A program made the translations under genes and the position numbers. From assembly GCA_964485495.1 (NCBI GenBank), contig CAZAKE010000001.1:7906-71905 (forward strand): DNA of 64,000 nt, given 5' to 3'. The notes below the pieces were generated by a model that was not told the DNA's origin, ran no database searches, and saw only the letters and a list, made by a program, of their open reading frames with translations. Positions 45,846 to 56,248 of this stretch are shown one piece after another. The stretch is from an uncultured Spirochaetales bacterium. Lineage in GTDB: Bacteria > Spirochaetota > Spirochaetia > CAZAKE01. Position 1 is the stretch's first letter, and every line of letters starts with the position of its first letter.

Positions 45846-47090
45846 ATGATGAAGAGTAGCGGTATGATATTCGGTCTCGTGTTCCTGATCTCGGTATGCG
45901 GTACACTCACAGCCCAGTCGGAGGACACGCTGTATTCCGCCGAGAGTACATATTATACGGTGTACTCCGAGGTTAGTCAGGCTCATGCGGAGAAGACGGC
46001 CGATCAGATGGATGCGTATCTCGAATTCTACAACGGTTTTTTCCATTTCACTACCGATTCCCTGGCAGGTAAGCTACGGATACGGATATTCAAGAACAAG
46101 TCCGGCTTCGACGAGTATCTCCGCTCCATCATTTCGGAAACAAAGGACTCGTTCGTATTCATCCAATATCGTGACCTCAACCGAAGCGAACTCGTCGGTT
46201 TTGTCCAGGATGAGGATCTCTATCAAACGGCTCTCGTGCATCAAGGATGCATTCAGTTCCTCAAGGCGTTCATTCCGGAACCGCCGTTATGGATTCAGAA
46301 GGGCTTCGCCATCTATCTCGAAGAATCCAGATACGATGAAGACCTTGGTTCGGTGGTCTTCAAACCGAACATGGGGTGGGTCGAAACGTTGAAACAACTC
46401 TCCGGACTCGAGGCCGCCGGTGACGATGCCGTAAACAGCCTCTTCCCTATCCCGACCTTCGCCTTCATCGATGTAGAAACGGCAAAATCAAAAATCGAAA
46501 CATTCTATGCGCAATCATGGGGAATGGTTTCGTTTCTTTCAGAGTCGGAGAGCAAGACCTATAACCGAATGCTGTGGGATGCGGTGAGTGCCTTGGATCC
46601 GGAGAAGGACAAGAGAGAGAATGAAAACCTCGTGAAGAAGGCCGCCTTTGATTGGGTCAACGGAAGAAGGCTGCAGAACGACTTCCTCAATTACGTGAGT
46701 GAGATCAAGACCTTTGCCGATCTGGTTAACGACGGAATGGAGTATTACTCGAGCGACATGCTCGATGCCTCAGAACAGGCATTCACACAGGCCCTCACGC
46801 TGGACGACGGGCACTACCTGCCCTACTACTACCTCGGGTTGATCAGATATGCGAAAAACGACTACTCCATGGCGGAATACTACTACCACTCGGCGATCCA
46901 GATGGGTGGAGCACCGGGTCTGACATACTACGCGCTGGGAGTCAACGCATTCGCCGATCTACGGTACGATGATGCGAAATTTTATCTCGAACAAGCCGTC
47001 GAAAACGATCCCGCGGGGTTCTCCGAGAAGGCATCCGGCCTGATCGAACGTATCGAGACCGAAGACGCCACGGAAGTTTCCGATCCGTAA
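45846..47090 (+). CDS. Exported protein with a degenerate gluzincin (DUF1570/peptidase MA-like) domain and TPRs
   Basis: SD CAGGAG; signal peptide; LVHQGCIQF and PLWIQKGFAIY replace HExxH and W..EG.A.Y; FYAQSWGMVSFL; three to four C-terminal TPRs. Confidence 0.7.
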   Translation: MMKSSGMIFGLVFLISVCGTLTAQSEDTLYSAESTYYTVYSEVSQAHAEKTADQMDAYLEFYNGFFHFTTDSLAGKLRIRIFKNKSGFDEYLRSIISETKDSFVFIQYRDLNRSELVGFVQDEDLYQTALVHQGCIQFLKAFIPEPPLWIQKGFAIYLEESRYDEDLGSVVFKPNMGWVETLKQLSGLEAAGDDAVNSLFPIPTFAFIDVETAKSKIETFYAQSWGMVSFLSESESKTYNRMLWDAVSALDPEKDKRENENLVKKAAFDWVNGRRLQNDFLNYVSEIKTFADLVNDGMEYYSSDMLDASEQAFTQALTLDDGHYLPYYYLGLIRYAKNDYSMAEYYYHSAIQMGGAPGLTYYALGVNAFADLRYDDAKFYLEQAVENDPAGFSEKASGLIERIETEDATEVSDP

Positions 47091-47111
47091 GGGTTTATCT
47101 TCCCTCTGCCT

Positions 47112-48230
47112 TCAGCCGGTGTTCGGGTCCTCCTGATTTCTCTTTTTCGAAGATCGATGCCGGGGAGGTTTCCGGGTGCGTTTTTTCCGTTTCCGGTTCT
47201 TCCGTTGCGGTTTATGGATGCCGTGTTCCGCAAGCAGAATAGAGACCGCGGCTTCAACGTCTCTATTCGGCGGGGTAAGGGGCTTCCAGAGCTCCTTTAT
47301 CCGAGAGAAGACCTGATGAGTCAGTTCCTCATACTGAACGTCTGTATCGACGCGGACGTACGGACGCACGAGACCGGCGATGGAATCGCCTTTCCCATCT
47401 TCAACCCGTTGATTGCCGTCCAGACGCGAAAGAGAGGTAATGAGCGGCGCGAGAGTCGCCGATTCCGATTTCCCCTCTTCGACGATTTTCGGCAAAATAC
47501 GCTCGAGTAGTCCGTAGTCATGCAGGCTCCGCAATATGCCGACCGATACTCCCGACTGCAAGATCTTGAACACCTCCTCGGTCAAACGCGAAGTCGAGCA
47601 TTCACCGATCTCATGGGCTTGTTTACGGATCTCCTTCTTCAACCGGCGCTCAACATTGAAACCGGTAATGACGGCATACTTCAAGGCCCGGATCATGCGT
47701 ACCGGATCTTCTTTGAAGGTGCTGTCCAACGGCAGCAGCGATCTGACCCGCCGCGACTCGATATCCTTAAACCCGTCGACATAATCGAGGATCGCCTGTT
47801 CTCTGGGATCGTAATAGAGGGCATTTAGAGAAAAATCCCGTCGTGACGCGTCCTCTTCGATGGTGCCGTACTCGTTGTTACCGCCGGAGAAGGAACGAAA
47901 GGTCGAGACCTCTATAATCTTCTCTCTGAAGAATATATGTGCGAGGCGGAACCTCCGCCCTATGATGCGGGAATTGCGAAAGAGTTTTCGAATTCTGTTG
48001 GGAGAGGCATCCGTGGCGATGTCGAAATCCTTCGGACTCCGCCCGGTAAGGAGATCTCGAACGGCGCCTCCGACGACATAGGCTTCATGACCGGAATCCT
48101 GCAGCCGGTTCGTGATCTTCAGCGCATCCCGGTCGATGGCATTTCTCCCTATACCGTGTTCCTCGATGGTGTAGATCTTCGCGATTGGGATTCGTTTTCC
48201 CGACTTCGTAAGTTTGTATCGAATGCGCAC
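47112..48230 (-). CDS. pcnB: Poly(A) polymerase I-like nucleotidyltransferase
   Basis: YVVGGAVRDLL, PKDFDIAT, PAP I signature IIGRRFRLAHI, DASRRDF, EDPVRMIRA; basic C-terminal tail. Start uncertain (GTG 48230; ORF open to 48332). Confidence 0.88.
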   Translation of the reverse strand: MRIRYKLTKSGKRIPIAKIYTIEEHGIGRNAIDRDALKITNRLQDSGHEAYVVGGAVRDLLTGRSPKDFDIATDASPNRIRKLFRNSRIIGRRFRLAHIFFREKIIEVSTFRSFSGGNNEYGTIEEDASRRDFSLNALYYDPREQAILDYVDGFKDIESRRVRSLLPLDSTFKEDPVRMIRALKYAVITGFNVERRLKKEIRKQAHEIGECSTSRLTEEVFKILQSGVSVGILRSLHDYGLLERILPKIVEEGKSESATLAPLITSLSRLDGNQRVEDGKGDSIAGLVRPYVRVDTDVQYEELTHQVFSRIKELWKPLTPPNRDVEAAVSILLAEHGIHKPQRKNRKRKKRTRKPPRHRSSKKRNQEDPNTG

Positions 48231-48398
48231 TTGTCCCGGCCCTTCTCTGTGGTACGTTATAATCACCATATCATGCATATTCGAAGGTTTTGAATCAAGA
48301 CCACCGCGGATACTCGGACTTCGACTGTACAACCCGATGGTCCCGCTTGCGCTCTACCGAGTGTTTCGGGCATAGTAGGTCTTCAGAGGAGCATCACT

Positions 48399-50891
48399 AT
48401 GGAATTCCGGAGCCTACCGGTATACCGACATCGAGAGAAGATACTCGACGCCCTGCAGAAGAATCGGGTCCTGGTTGTGGAGAGTCCCACCGGTTCCGGC
48501 AAGACCACACAGCTGCCGTTGATCCTCCTGGAGTCCGGGTTGATTCGGGAGGGAATGGTCGGGGTCACCCAACCGAGACGCATCGCAGCGGTGTCCGTCT
48601 CTCAGTTCATCGCCGCACAGATCGGCGAGACCGTCCCCGGCACCGTCGGATACAAGATGCGGTTCGAGGATATCACCTCTCCCGAGACGCGTCTCAAGAT
48701 CATGACCGACGGTATCCTGTTACAGGAGCTCAAGGCCGATCCCCTGTTGAGCGATTACGGCTGTATCGTAGTAGACGAGGCGCACGAACGAAGTCTCAAT
48801 ATCGACTTCATTCTCGGTCTCCTGAAACGGATTCTGAAAGAGCGGGAGGATTTCAAGGTTCTCATCTCCTCGGCCACAATCAATGCCGAGATCTTCTCGG
48901 AATATTTTTGGGAATGTCCCACGGTGCATATCGAAACCGAGACCTATCCCATCGAGACGATCTACCGACCGGTAACCGGTGACAGGGACGCGGCCCCGGA
49001 CCATCGAGCCCTCGAAGATCGGATCCTGCGGGAGATCGTCTCTATCGTCGAAACCGAGGGGAAAGATCCGACCGGAGACATCCTCATATTCCTGCCCGGC
49101 CAGAGCACGATTCAGGAGTGTGTCCGACTGCTCTCCTCGAACCGGTTCGAGACACCGCTCTACCTCCTGCCCCTCTACGGCAGGCTGAGCAAGGAGGAGC
49201 AGGATCGCGTTTTTCCTCCTCCGCCGGCGGGAAGAATCAAGGTCGTTGTGGCGACCAACATCGCCGAAACCAGCATCACCGTCGACGGCGTAACCACCGT
49301 GATCGATTCCGGACTCGCCAAGATCAACATCTACAATCCCCGGACCTTCACTTCGGCCCTGATCCAGACCCATATCTCGAAGGCCTCATGTAACCAGCGC
49401 CGTGGCCGCGCCGGCAGGACCCGCCCCGGAAGATGCTACCGTCTCTACTCGGAGGAGGACTACGAACAGCGCCAACTGTTCACCATCGAGGAGATCTACA
49501 GGACCGACCTTTCGGAGGTTGTCTTACGGATGGCCGAACTCGGTATCCATGCGTTTGAATCCTTCGATTTCCTCTCACAACCCTCGAGACGCGACATCCA
49601 TTCCGCCGTAGAAACCCTGAAATTCCTCGACGCGTTGGATGAGGAGCATCGGCTCACCGATATCGGCAGGCGAATGGTGCTGTTTCCCCTTCTGCCGAGA
49701 CTATCCCGGATGGTGATCGAGGCGGTCATGCGGTATCCCGACGTCATCGAGGAGGTGCTGATCGCCGCGAGTTTCCTGAGTACCATGACGCCCTTTCTCC
49801 TGCCTCCCGGAGAGGAATACGAGGCACGCAGGGCGCACCACTCGTTCCGGGACGATTTTGGTGATTTCGTCTCGTATCTGAAGATCTTCAAGAGTTACAC
49901 GCGTTCGGGGAATAAGCAGAAATTCACGGACCGTTATTACCTGGACCACCGCACGATGACGGAGATTGTGAACATCGAAAAACAACTGGAGGAGATAGTC
50001 GGCAGACTCGGTGCACCCATCGGTTCCGGCGGTTCCAAGGAGCGGTACCTGTGTGCCGTTTCAGTTGGGTTGAAGCAGTTCGTCTGTGCCGGAACAGGTC
50101 GAGGGGTCTATAATAGCCTGACGGCTGAGAGGATCTTCATCCACCCCGGCTCCGTCATGTTCAAACAGAACCCGCGATATATCGTCGCAGGGGAGATTAT
50201 GCAGACCAGCAGGATGTACGCGCGGTCGGTCTCCCCTCTCAGGCGCGAGTGGCTCCCGGCCATCTCGAGCGAACTCGTGGAGAGTTTCGTCGGCGGAGGC
50301 CGGAGTTCCACCACTCGTAAGCGTCCGGCCGAGAAGGCCACCACCTGGCAGGTTCGGGTCGGTCATCTGCTGTTTGAGCTGAAACCGTACAAGGGGAAGA
50401 AGAAGATCGCCGTCATCGAATGGGAGCGTATCAGGCCGCTCATACAGGGCGACGGGCTGCCGGAACTCACGTACCAGCACAACCTCAGGGGAACGGTGAC
50501 CGCCGGCAAACGGGAATTCCTTTCGGGAGAACGCCTGGGCACCATCTTCAAGGTGCTGCCCTACATCGATCCGGACACCGACTACGTCCGGTCCTGGCCC
50601 AGGGATACGAATTTCATTCTCCCGGATGATGCCCGCAACCTGTGCAACAATTTGGGATTGCTCATGAAACTGGCCTCATTGAAGGGAAACGGCACCCGCC
50701 TCGGATTCCTGACACTGCAGACAGACGGAAGCGGCGTGTTTTGGTTTACCTGCATCAAGCGGGTCATGACCGCACTGGATTCTACTATGGGGTCTATCGA
50801 AGCCCTCACCGATGAGATCGACGAGTCGGCCCCCGGCTCATGTTTCGAGTACCTGAACTCGGCCTTTCGAAGGCTCTCCCGGTTTTATTGA
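48399..50891 (+). CDS. hrpA: ATP-dependent DEAH-box RNA helicase HrpA
   Basis: SPTGSGKTTQ, TQPRRIAA, DEAHER, SAT, ATNIAETS, QRRGRAGR, HA2 region. Confidence 0.93.
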   Translation: MEFRSLPVYRHREKILDALQKNRVLVVESPTGSGKTTQLPLILLESGLIREGMVGVTQPRRIAAVSVSQFIAAQIGETVPGTVGYKMRFEDITSPETRLKIMTDGILLQELKADPLLSDYGCIVVDEAHERSLNIDFILGLLKRILKEREDFKVLISSATINAEIFSEYFWECPTVHIETETYPIETIYRPVTGDRDAAPDHRALEDRILREIVSIVETEGKDPTGDILIFLPGQSTIQECVRLLSSNRFETPLYLLPLYGRLSKEEQDRVFPPPPAGRIKVVVATNIAETSITVDGVTTVIDSGLAKINIYNPRTFTSALIQTHISKASCNQRRGRAGRTRPGRCYRLYSEEDYEQRQLFTIEEIYRTDLSEVVLRMAELGIHAFESFDFLSQPSRRDIHSAVETLKFLDALDEEHRLTDIGRRMVLFPLLPRLSRMVIEAVMRYPDVIEEVLIAASFLSTMTPFLLPPGEEYEARRAHHSFRDDFGDFVSYLKIFKSYTRSGNKQKFTDRYYLDHRTMTEIVNIEKQLEEIVGRLGAPIGSGGSKERYLCAVSVGLKQFVCAGTGRGVYNSLTAERIFIHPGSVMFKQNPRYIVAGEIMQTSRMYARSVSPLRREWLPAISSELVESFVGGGRSSTTRKRPAEKATTWQVRVGHLLFELKPYKGKKKIAVIEWERIRPLIQGDGLPELTYQHNLRGTVTAGKREFLSGERLGTIFKVLPYIDPDTDYVRSWPRDTNFILPDDARNLCNNLGLLMKLASLKGNGTRLGFLTLQTDGSGVFWFTCIKRVMTALDSTMGSIEALTDEIDESAPGSCFEYLNSAFRRLSRFY

Positions 50892-50901
50892 GAAGATGAG
50901 T

Positions 50902-52017
50902 TCACCCCTGCGCCAACACACCGGCAACCAATTCAGGCGCCAGGGGTGTTACCACGGTACGGCCGAACCCTTCCTGAAGCACAAACCGTACCCGTCCGGC
51001 GGCCCTTTTCTTATCTCTGTTCATGGCTTCCAGCAACTCATCCACCGAGGCTCCGGCATATCGGAGGGTGTAACCATACTCCGAGAGGAGCTCCCACACC
51101 TGGCCGGCATATTGAGCATCCGTGATCCCGGCCTCGACTCCCGCCTGCATCGCCTTTCCGATACCCCAGGCGACACACTCACCGTGTGAGAGATCGAAAT
51201 TCGTCACCGACTCCAAGGCGTGGCCGAACGTATGGCCGAGGTTCAGATGCATGCGAGTCCCGGATTCCTTGAAATCACGCTCTACTACGTCTCCCTTCAA
51301 GGCGATGGAGCGTTCGACCATGAGTCGTACGGCCGCGGGGTTTCTCTCCATCACGGGGCTTCGGTTCTCGCGGAGAAAATCATAGAGTTCTCTGTCCCCC
51401 AGGAGCGCGTGTTTGATTACTTCGGCGACACCGCTGTGGTACTCACGCCTCGGCAGGGTGGAGACGAAACCGATACAGATACGCACCTGATCGGCGGGAT
51501 AAAAGGTGCCGACGAGATTTTTCGTCCCCATGAAATCCATCCCGGTCTTACCGCCTACCGAGGCGTCGACCATCGAGAGGACGGTCGTAGGAACCAGGGT
51601 GACGGCGATTCCCCTCAGGTAGACGGATGCGGCGAATGCGGCCAGGTCACAAACCACTCCACCACCGACCGCCACGATACGACCGTCTCTCCCGAGTCCG
51701 CCGCGTACCGCTTCGGCGAGGATCGTCTCGACACTCTGCCAATTCTTTGCACTTTCACCAGCAGTAAGGATGACGGCAGGTTTGGGAATCACACCGCCGG
51801 TGCAAAACCGCGCGGTGTTCTCATCGAAAATCCACAAGACTCGTTCGTCCGTCGGAATCGAGAACACCTCCGTAGGTTCGGAAAAATCGATTTCGGTTAT
51901 AACCGAACCAACCCGAACCGTTCTCAAACTCTGCGTTGGGCGGATGGCGGGATCGGGTTTGGAAATACCGGACCGGCGGGAACCGTCCGACGGCATCGAA
52001 TCTATTTCCCCCGACAA
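50902..52017 (-). CDS. aroB: 3-dehydroquinate synthase
   Basis: GESAK, GGGVVCD, PTTVLSMVDASVGGKTG, KNLVGTF, LNLGHTFGHALE, HGECV, DKK. Start uncertain. Confidence 0.95.
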   Translation of the reverse strand: MSGEIDSMPSDGSRRSGISKPDPAIRPTQSLRTVRVGSVITEIDFSEPTEVFSIPTDERVLWIFDENTARFCTGGVIPKPAVILTAGESAKNWQSVETILAEAVRGGLGRDGRIVAVGGGVVCDLAAFAASVYLRGIAVTLVPTTVLSMVDASVGGKTGMDFMGTKNLVGTFYPADQVRICIGFVSTLPRREYHSGVAEVIKHALLGDRELYDFLRENRSPVMERNPAAVRLMVERSIALKGDVVERDFKESGTRMHLNLGHTFGHALESVTNFDLSHGECVAWGIGKAMQAGVEAGITDAQYAGQVWELLSEYGYTLRYAGASVDELLEAMNRDKKRAAGRVRFVLQEGFGRTVVTPLAPELVAGVLAQG

Positions 52018-52023
52018 TGGTAC

Positions 52024-52326
52024 CTACTCCTGTTGTTCTTGCTTTCCGAAGGAACCGATTATACTTTTCACAAATGGATCGACAATCGAATATATCCGTC
52101 TATTCCCATCGATCTCCGAGGTGACGATACCTTTTTCCTTGAGAACGGCCAGGTGTTGCGAGATGACCGGCTGGGATTGCTTCAGGCACTTCCACAACTC
52201 CGTGACGCAGGCGTCTTCTTTCTCGATGAGGCATAGCAGCTTCAGGCGCACCGGATGGCCACACACCTTCAACCGTTCCGCATACGATTCGATCACATTG
52301 TCCGGGCAACAAGTCTTCGCTTCCAT
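52024..52326 (-). CDS. Cys-rich ArsR/SmtB family transcriptional regulator
   Basis: LKVCGHPVRLKLL, CVTEL, SQPVISQHLAVLKEKGIV, GNRRIYSI. Start taken at MEAK. Confidence 0.9.
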   Translation of the reverse strand: MEAKTCCPDNVIESYAERLKVCGHPVRLKLLCLIEKEDACVTELWKCLKQSQPVISQHLAVLKEKGIVTSEIDGNRRIYSIVDPFVKSIIGSFGKQEQQE

Positions 52327-52335
52327 ATGGCGAGT

Positions 52336-52364
52336 ACAGTACACTGTCCGGGACCTTTTTTCAA
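52336..52364 (-). promoter_or_regulatory. Predicted arsR promoter TTGAAA-N17-TACTGT with an ACAGT-N2-ACTGT palindrome over the -10
   Basis: -35 at 52364-52359, -10 at 52341-52336, palindrome at 52336-52347. Confidence 0.55.
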
Positions 52365-52436
52365 CAATTTATCGGTATTTTTATCAGCAATCGGCCGATT
52401 GACCGACGAACACACAGACATTCGCCCGCAGTAACC

Positions 52437-52465
52437 TTGAAAAAAAACCCTCCCGTGGATAGTAT
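52437..52465 (+). promoter_or_regulatory. Predicted leaderless promoter TTGAAA-N17-TAGTAT-N8-ATG for the desulfurase-thiI operon
   Basis: -35 at 52437-52442, -10 at 52460-52465, ATG at 52474; no SD. Confidence 0.6.
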
Positions 52466-52473
52466 GACCGGCC

Positions 52474-53655
52474 ATGAATTATGCCTATCTGGACTGGGCG
52501 GCGACGGCACCCGCCGATCCCGCGGCCTGCAAGGTGCTGTACGATACGAGTCTCCAATACCCCGGAAATCCATCCTCACCGCACGGAGACGGGAGGTCCG
52601 CCAGGGGAGTTCTCGAATCCGCACGTTCGAGATGCGCGAGGGCCCTCGGGATTTCTCCGGAGACGGTGATCTTCACTTCGGGGGGAACCGAGAGCAATAA
52701 CCTGGTGTTTTACTCACTGCTGGATACCCCGAATCCCGGAGCAGTGCTGGTTTCGGGGATCGAACATCCCTCCGGGTATCTACCTGCCCGTCGTCTCGAG
52801 GATTTCGGTTTCCAGGTCGATTTCTTGACCACCTCCAGAAACGGTTCCGTTGCCGTCGAATCCATTCTCGAGGGCCTGACACCGGACACACGGTTGTTGA
52901 GTGTCATGGCTGTGAACAACGAGACCGGCGTCGTCCAGCCCATAGAGGAGATCGTCCGTGCGGTTCGCGAGCATGAGAAGATATCCGGCAGGAAGGTCCA
53001 CATTCACACCGACGCGGTCCAGGCCCTCGACAAGGTGCCGATCGACCTTACTCGGTGGGACGTCGACTCCGCCTCGTTCAGTGCCCATAAACTCGGAGGA
53101 CCAAGAGGGATCGGGATTCTCTACAGCCGACGCCGATTCACTCCGCTCTACCTTGGCGGCGCTCAGGAGGCCGGCGTACGCCCGGGTACCGAGAATGTGC
53201 CGGCGGCGACGGCATTCGCTTCACTCTTTCACGACTCGATTGGGACCCCGGACACCGCACATGTGGTCAGGCTCGATAGACTGCTGTCTGAGATCCTCGC
53301 GTCGATTCCCGGTTGCGTTCGTATCCCGGAGGACTTCGCGGATGCGGGAGAAGCGATCACGCGTTCTCCCTTCATCCACTGCCTTGCCCTGCCGCCGATT
53401 CCGGGAGAGGTAGTAGTCCGCGTGATGGATGCATCCGGTTTCCGAATCTCTACCGGTTCTGCCTGTTCCTCCCGCAAGAAGGAACGCGGGCGGGTTCTGG
53501 AGGCTATGGGCGTGCCGAAAGATCTTTGGTTTTCCTCCGTCAGGATCTCCATCGGCAAGGGCACCACCGAGGAGGAGATCATCGCCTTCGGCCGCGCCTT
53601 GCGGCGCGAGGTGGAGGTTCTCGGCCGGAGTGTCGGCAGGGCGGCGCGATCATGA
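52474..53655 (+). CDS. Cysteine desulfurase (IscS/NifZ-like)
   Basis: YLDWAAT, GNPSSPH, FTSGGTES, HTDAVQA, PLP-Lys SAHKLGGP, catalytic STGSACSS. Confidence 0.95.
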   Translation: MNYAYLDWAATAPADPAACKVLYDTSLQYPGNPSSPHGDGRSARGVLESARSRCARALGISPETVIFTSGGTESNNLVFYSLLDTPNPGAVLVSGIEHPSGYLPARRLEDFGFQVDFLTTSRNGSVAVESILEGLTPDTRLLSVMAVNNETGVVQPIEEIVRAVREHEKISGRKVHIHTDAVQALDKVPIDLTRWDVDSASFSAHKLGGPRGIGILYSRRRFTPLYLGGAQEAGVRPGTENVPAATAFASLFHDSIGTPDTAHVVRLDRLLSEILASIPGCVRIPEDFADAGEAITRSPFIHCLALPPIPGEVVVRVMDASGFRISTGSACSSRKKERGRVLEAMGVPKDLWFSSVRISIGKGTTEEEIIAFGRALRREVEVLGRSVGRAARS

Positions 53656-54899
53656 GTCACGGAACCGAAGGCAATTACCTGATAAAGGTTGGAGAAATCT
53701 CGTTGAAGGGGGGGAACCGCGGGTTCTTCGAGCGTCTCCTCCGGAAAAACCTCAGGACGATGATGGCACCCCACAAGTGTACGGTTACCGGAAGACGAGG
53801 GAGATACTTCCTATCGGCACCGGGTGTTCCGGCAGATCGAGTGGCGCAGGTCCTCTCGAGGACATTCGGAGTAGTGGGCTACGCGCCGGTGTACGGCGCC
53901 GATAAGGAGATACGGACGATCAGCGATTTAGCGGTGGAGTTGGCCTCCCGCCGTGCCGCGGAGACCTGTGCGACCCAAGACCGACCACTCTCATTCAAGA
54001 TAGACGCTCGGCGTTCGGATAAGTCCTTCGTCTGCAACTCCTACGAGATCGCATGCAGGCTCGGGGATGCAATCAACAGAGGAGTGCCCCACGTCAAGGT
54101 CGACGTCAGGAATCCGGAATGGACGTTGAGCGTTGAGATACGTGACAGGGCATACCTCTATGGGACCACCGAGAGAGGACCGGGCGGCCTGCCCGTGGGG
54201 AGTGCCGGAAGGGGATTGCTTCTTCTATCGGGGGGCATCGATTCTCCGGTTGCGGGGTATATGATGGCGAAACGGGGAGTCGCGCCATCGGCAGTCTATT
54301 TCCACACATACCCCTACACATCCGATGAGGCGAAGGAGAAGGTGGTACGCCTTGCCGAGATCCTCGCAGGATATGTGGGTCGGGTAGATCTGTGGGTGAT
54401 ACCGTTCACGGACTCACAATTGGCGATCAACCGAATCGCCAGACCTGCCGAGGTCACCCTACTCATGCGCTCATGCATGATTCGCACGAGCCACCGCATC
54501 GCCGAACGGATCGGAGCACTATGCCTGATCACCGGAGAGGCCCTGAGTCAGGTCGCCAGTCAAACCGCCGAGAGCATCCGACTCACCAACAGTTATACCG
54601 ACCTGCCGGTCATGAGACCCCTGATAGGGTTGGATAAGGAGGAGATCATCGCCAGGGCGCGCAGAATCGGCACCTACGAGACATCCATCCTCCCGTATGA
54701 CGACTGCTGTACCCTCTTCTCGCCGCAGCACCCGGTGATACGCCCTGATTTCCAAACACTACGAGAACACTACGAAGAGCTCGCGATCGAGCCCCTCCTC
54801 GAGAAGGCGGTGGACTCGGCGGAGATCGTCAGCTGCAGCCCCCTCTCCGGCCCGGAAACGTCCGACCCCGGGCCCCCTTCCGGCGCTTCCCGAGTATAG
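53652..54899 (+). CDS. thiI: tRNA 4-thiouridine synthase ThiI (no rhodanese domain)
   Basis: GEISLKGGNR, THUMP domain, PP-loop LSGGIDS, GEALSQVASQT, RPLIGLDK, YDDCCTLF. ATGA overlap with the desulfurase. Confidence 0.95.
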   Translation: MSHGTEGNYLIKVGEISLKGGNRGFFERLLRKNLRTMMAPHKCTVTGRRGRYFLSAPGVPADRVAQVLSRTFGVVGYAPVYGADKEIRTISDLAVELASRRAAETCATQDRPLSFKIDARRSDKSFVCNSYEIACRLGDAINRGVPHVKVDVRNPEWTLSVEIRDRAYLYGTTERGPGGLPVGSAGRGLLLLSGGIDSPVAGYMMAKRGVAPSAVYFHTYPYTSDEAKEKVVRLAEILAGYVGRVDLWVIPFTDSQLAINRIARPAEVTLLMRSCMIRTSHRIAERIGALCLITGEALSQVASQTAESIRLTNSYTDLPVMRPLIGLDKEEIIARARRIGTYETSILPYDDCCTLFSPQHPVIRPDFQTLREHYEELAIEPLLEKAVDSAEIVSCSPLSGPETSDPGPPSGASRV

Positions 54900-54916
54900 G
54901 GAGTATTTCCGCGATG

Positions 54917-55258
54917 TCAGGCCGACTTCGCCTTGCCTTTGGGAGTCGAAGAATCTCCCTTAGATTCCGTTTTCTTTGACTCCGTTTTTCCGCCGGATTC
55001 CGGCGAGGAGGAAGCGCTACTCTCGGAACTCGAACCGGTGGATTCCGGTTTCTGGTCCTTTCCTCCTCCATTACCGGCGGAGCGATTGTCCGTGACATAG
55101 AAACCGCTGCCCTTGAAGATGATACCCAGTCCTCCGCCTATCAGTCGACGGACCTCTTGGCCGCACTTGGGACAATCCTTGAGCGGATCGTCCGACATCA
55201 TCTGAAAATGTTCGAACACGTGTCCGCAGGCTTTGCACTCGTAGTCATATGTCGGCAT
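54917..55258 (-). CDS. FmdB-family zinc-ribbon protein with a low-complexity Ser/Glu/Lys tail
   Basis: MPTYDYECKACG...CPKCG...FKGSGFYVTD; SD AGGAG. Confidence 0.92.
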   Translation of the reverse strand: MPTYDYECKACGHVFEHFQMMSDDPLKDCPKCGQEVRRLIGGGLGIIFKGSGFYVTDNRSAGNGGGKDQKPESTGSSSESSASSSPESGGKTESKKTESKGDSSTPKGKAKSA

Positions 55259-55465
55259 TCGCCTACTCCTTGATATACAAAATGAATTACGATTTCTAAA
55301 GGACTCGGTAGTTCCACAACACGCTGCTTTTTCTTAAATCGCCTCTAATATACTCTTTTTTCACCCCGAACGGCAACTTGGTAGATCGAGACGCCAAAGC
55401 CGGCCTGATCGTTACGCCTGACCCACCGGCGACAGACGATGCAGAGAACGTTTTCGAGAGTCACC

Positions 55466-56245
55466 CTACTCGACTACCGCCGGGATTCTCACCGAAATGC
55501 CCCGATCGGCTAAATATTGTTTTATTCCGTCGACGGTATAGCCGCCGAAGTGCACCATCGATGCCACCAATGCGGCGTCGGCCTTGCCGGTGGTGAGGAC
55601 ATCGGCGAGATGCGCAGGCTTTCCGGCACCGCCGGAGGCGACGACCGGGATTCCCACGGCTTCGGAGATCATGGCCGTACCCTCGAGTTCGTATCCGTCC
55701 CTGGTGCCGTCCGCATCCATAGAATTCAGGACAATCTCTCCGGCGCCCAGCCGTTCCGCCGTCAGGGCCCACTCCAGGGCATCCAGCCCGGTGGCGGTGC
55801 GTCCGCCGTTGATATACACGCTATATCCGCTGGAAGCCGTATCGTCCTTCAGGACATCCATGCCCAGAACGATACACTGACTGCCGAAGAGGGAGGCACC
55901 TTCGGCGATGATATCGGGATTCTTCACGGCCTGAGAGTTCACGCTGATCTTCTCCGCCCCGGCAAGGAGAACCGTCCGCATGTCGTCGACGCTGCCGATT
56001 CCCCCGCCTACGGCGAAGGGGATGAAGATCCGTTCGGCGACCTTCCGAACCACGTCGATCATGATGCCCCTCCCCTCGGCGGAGGCGGTAATGTCGTAAA
56101 AAACGAGTTCATCCACGCCCTGGCGATAGTATTCGGCCGCCATCTCAACCGGATCACCGATGTCGACATTACCCTTGAACTTCACACCCTTGGTGGTTTT
56201 TCCGTCACGCACGTCGAGACAGATAATCACGCGTTTCTGCAACAT
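55466..56245 (-). CDS. hisF: Imidazole glycerol phosphate synthase cyclase subunit
   Basis: [43 protein letters not shown]. Confidence 0.96.
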   Translation of the reverse strand: MLQKRVIICLDVRDGKTTKGVKFKGNVDIGDPVEMAAEYYRQGVDELVFYDITASAEGRGIMIDVVRKVAERIFIPFAVGGGIGSVDDMRTVLLAGAEKISVNSQAVKNPDIIAEGASLFGSQCIVLGMDVLKDDTASSGYSVYINGGRTATGLDALEWALTAERLGAGEIVLNSMDADGTRDGYELEGTAMISEAVGIPVVASGGAGKPAHLADVLTTGKADAALVASMVHFGGYTVDGIKQYLADRGISVRIPAVVE

Positions 56246-56248
56246 TTT

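Noticed and set aside
51220-52236. 338-aa plus-strand ORF
   Set aside because: Antisense to aroB and arsR; no motifs.
53313-53651. 113-aa N-terminal extension of ThiI in the ORF track (similar extensions on U32, tsaC, the cas2-like gene, the TPR protein and valS)
   Set aside because: The extensions overlap neighbouring genes or promoters; downstream starts have an SD, an ATGA/GTGA overlap or family-typical N-termini.
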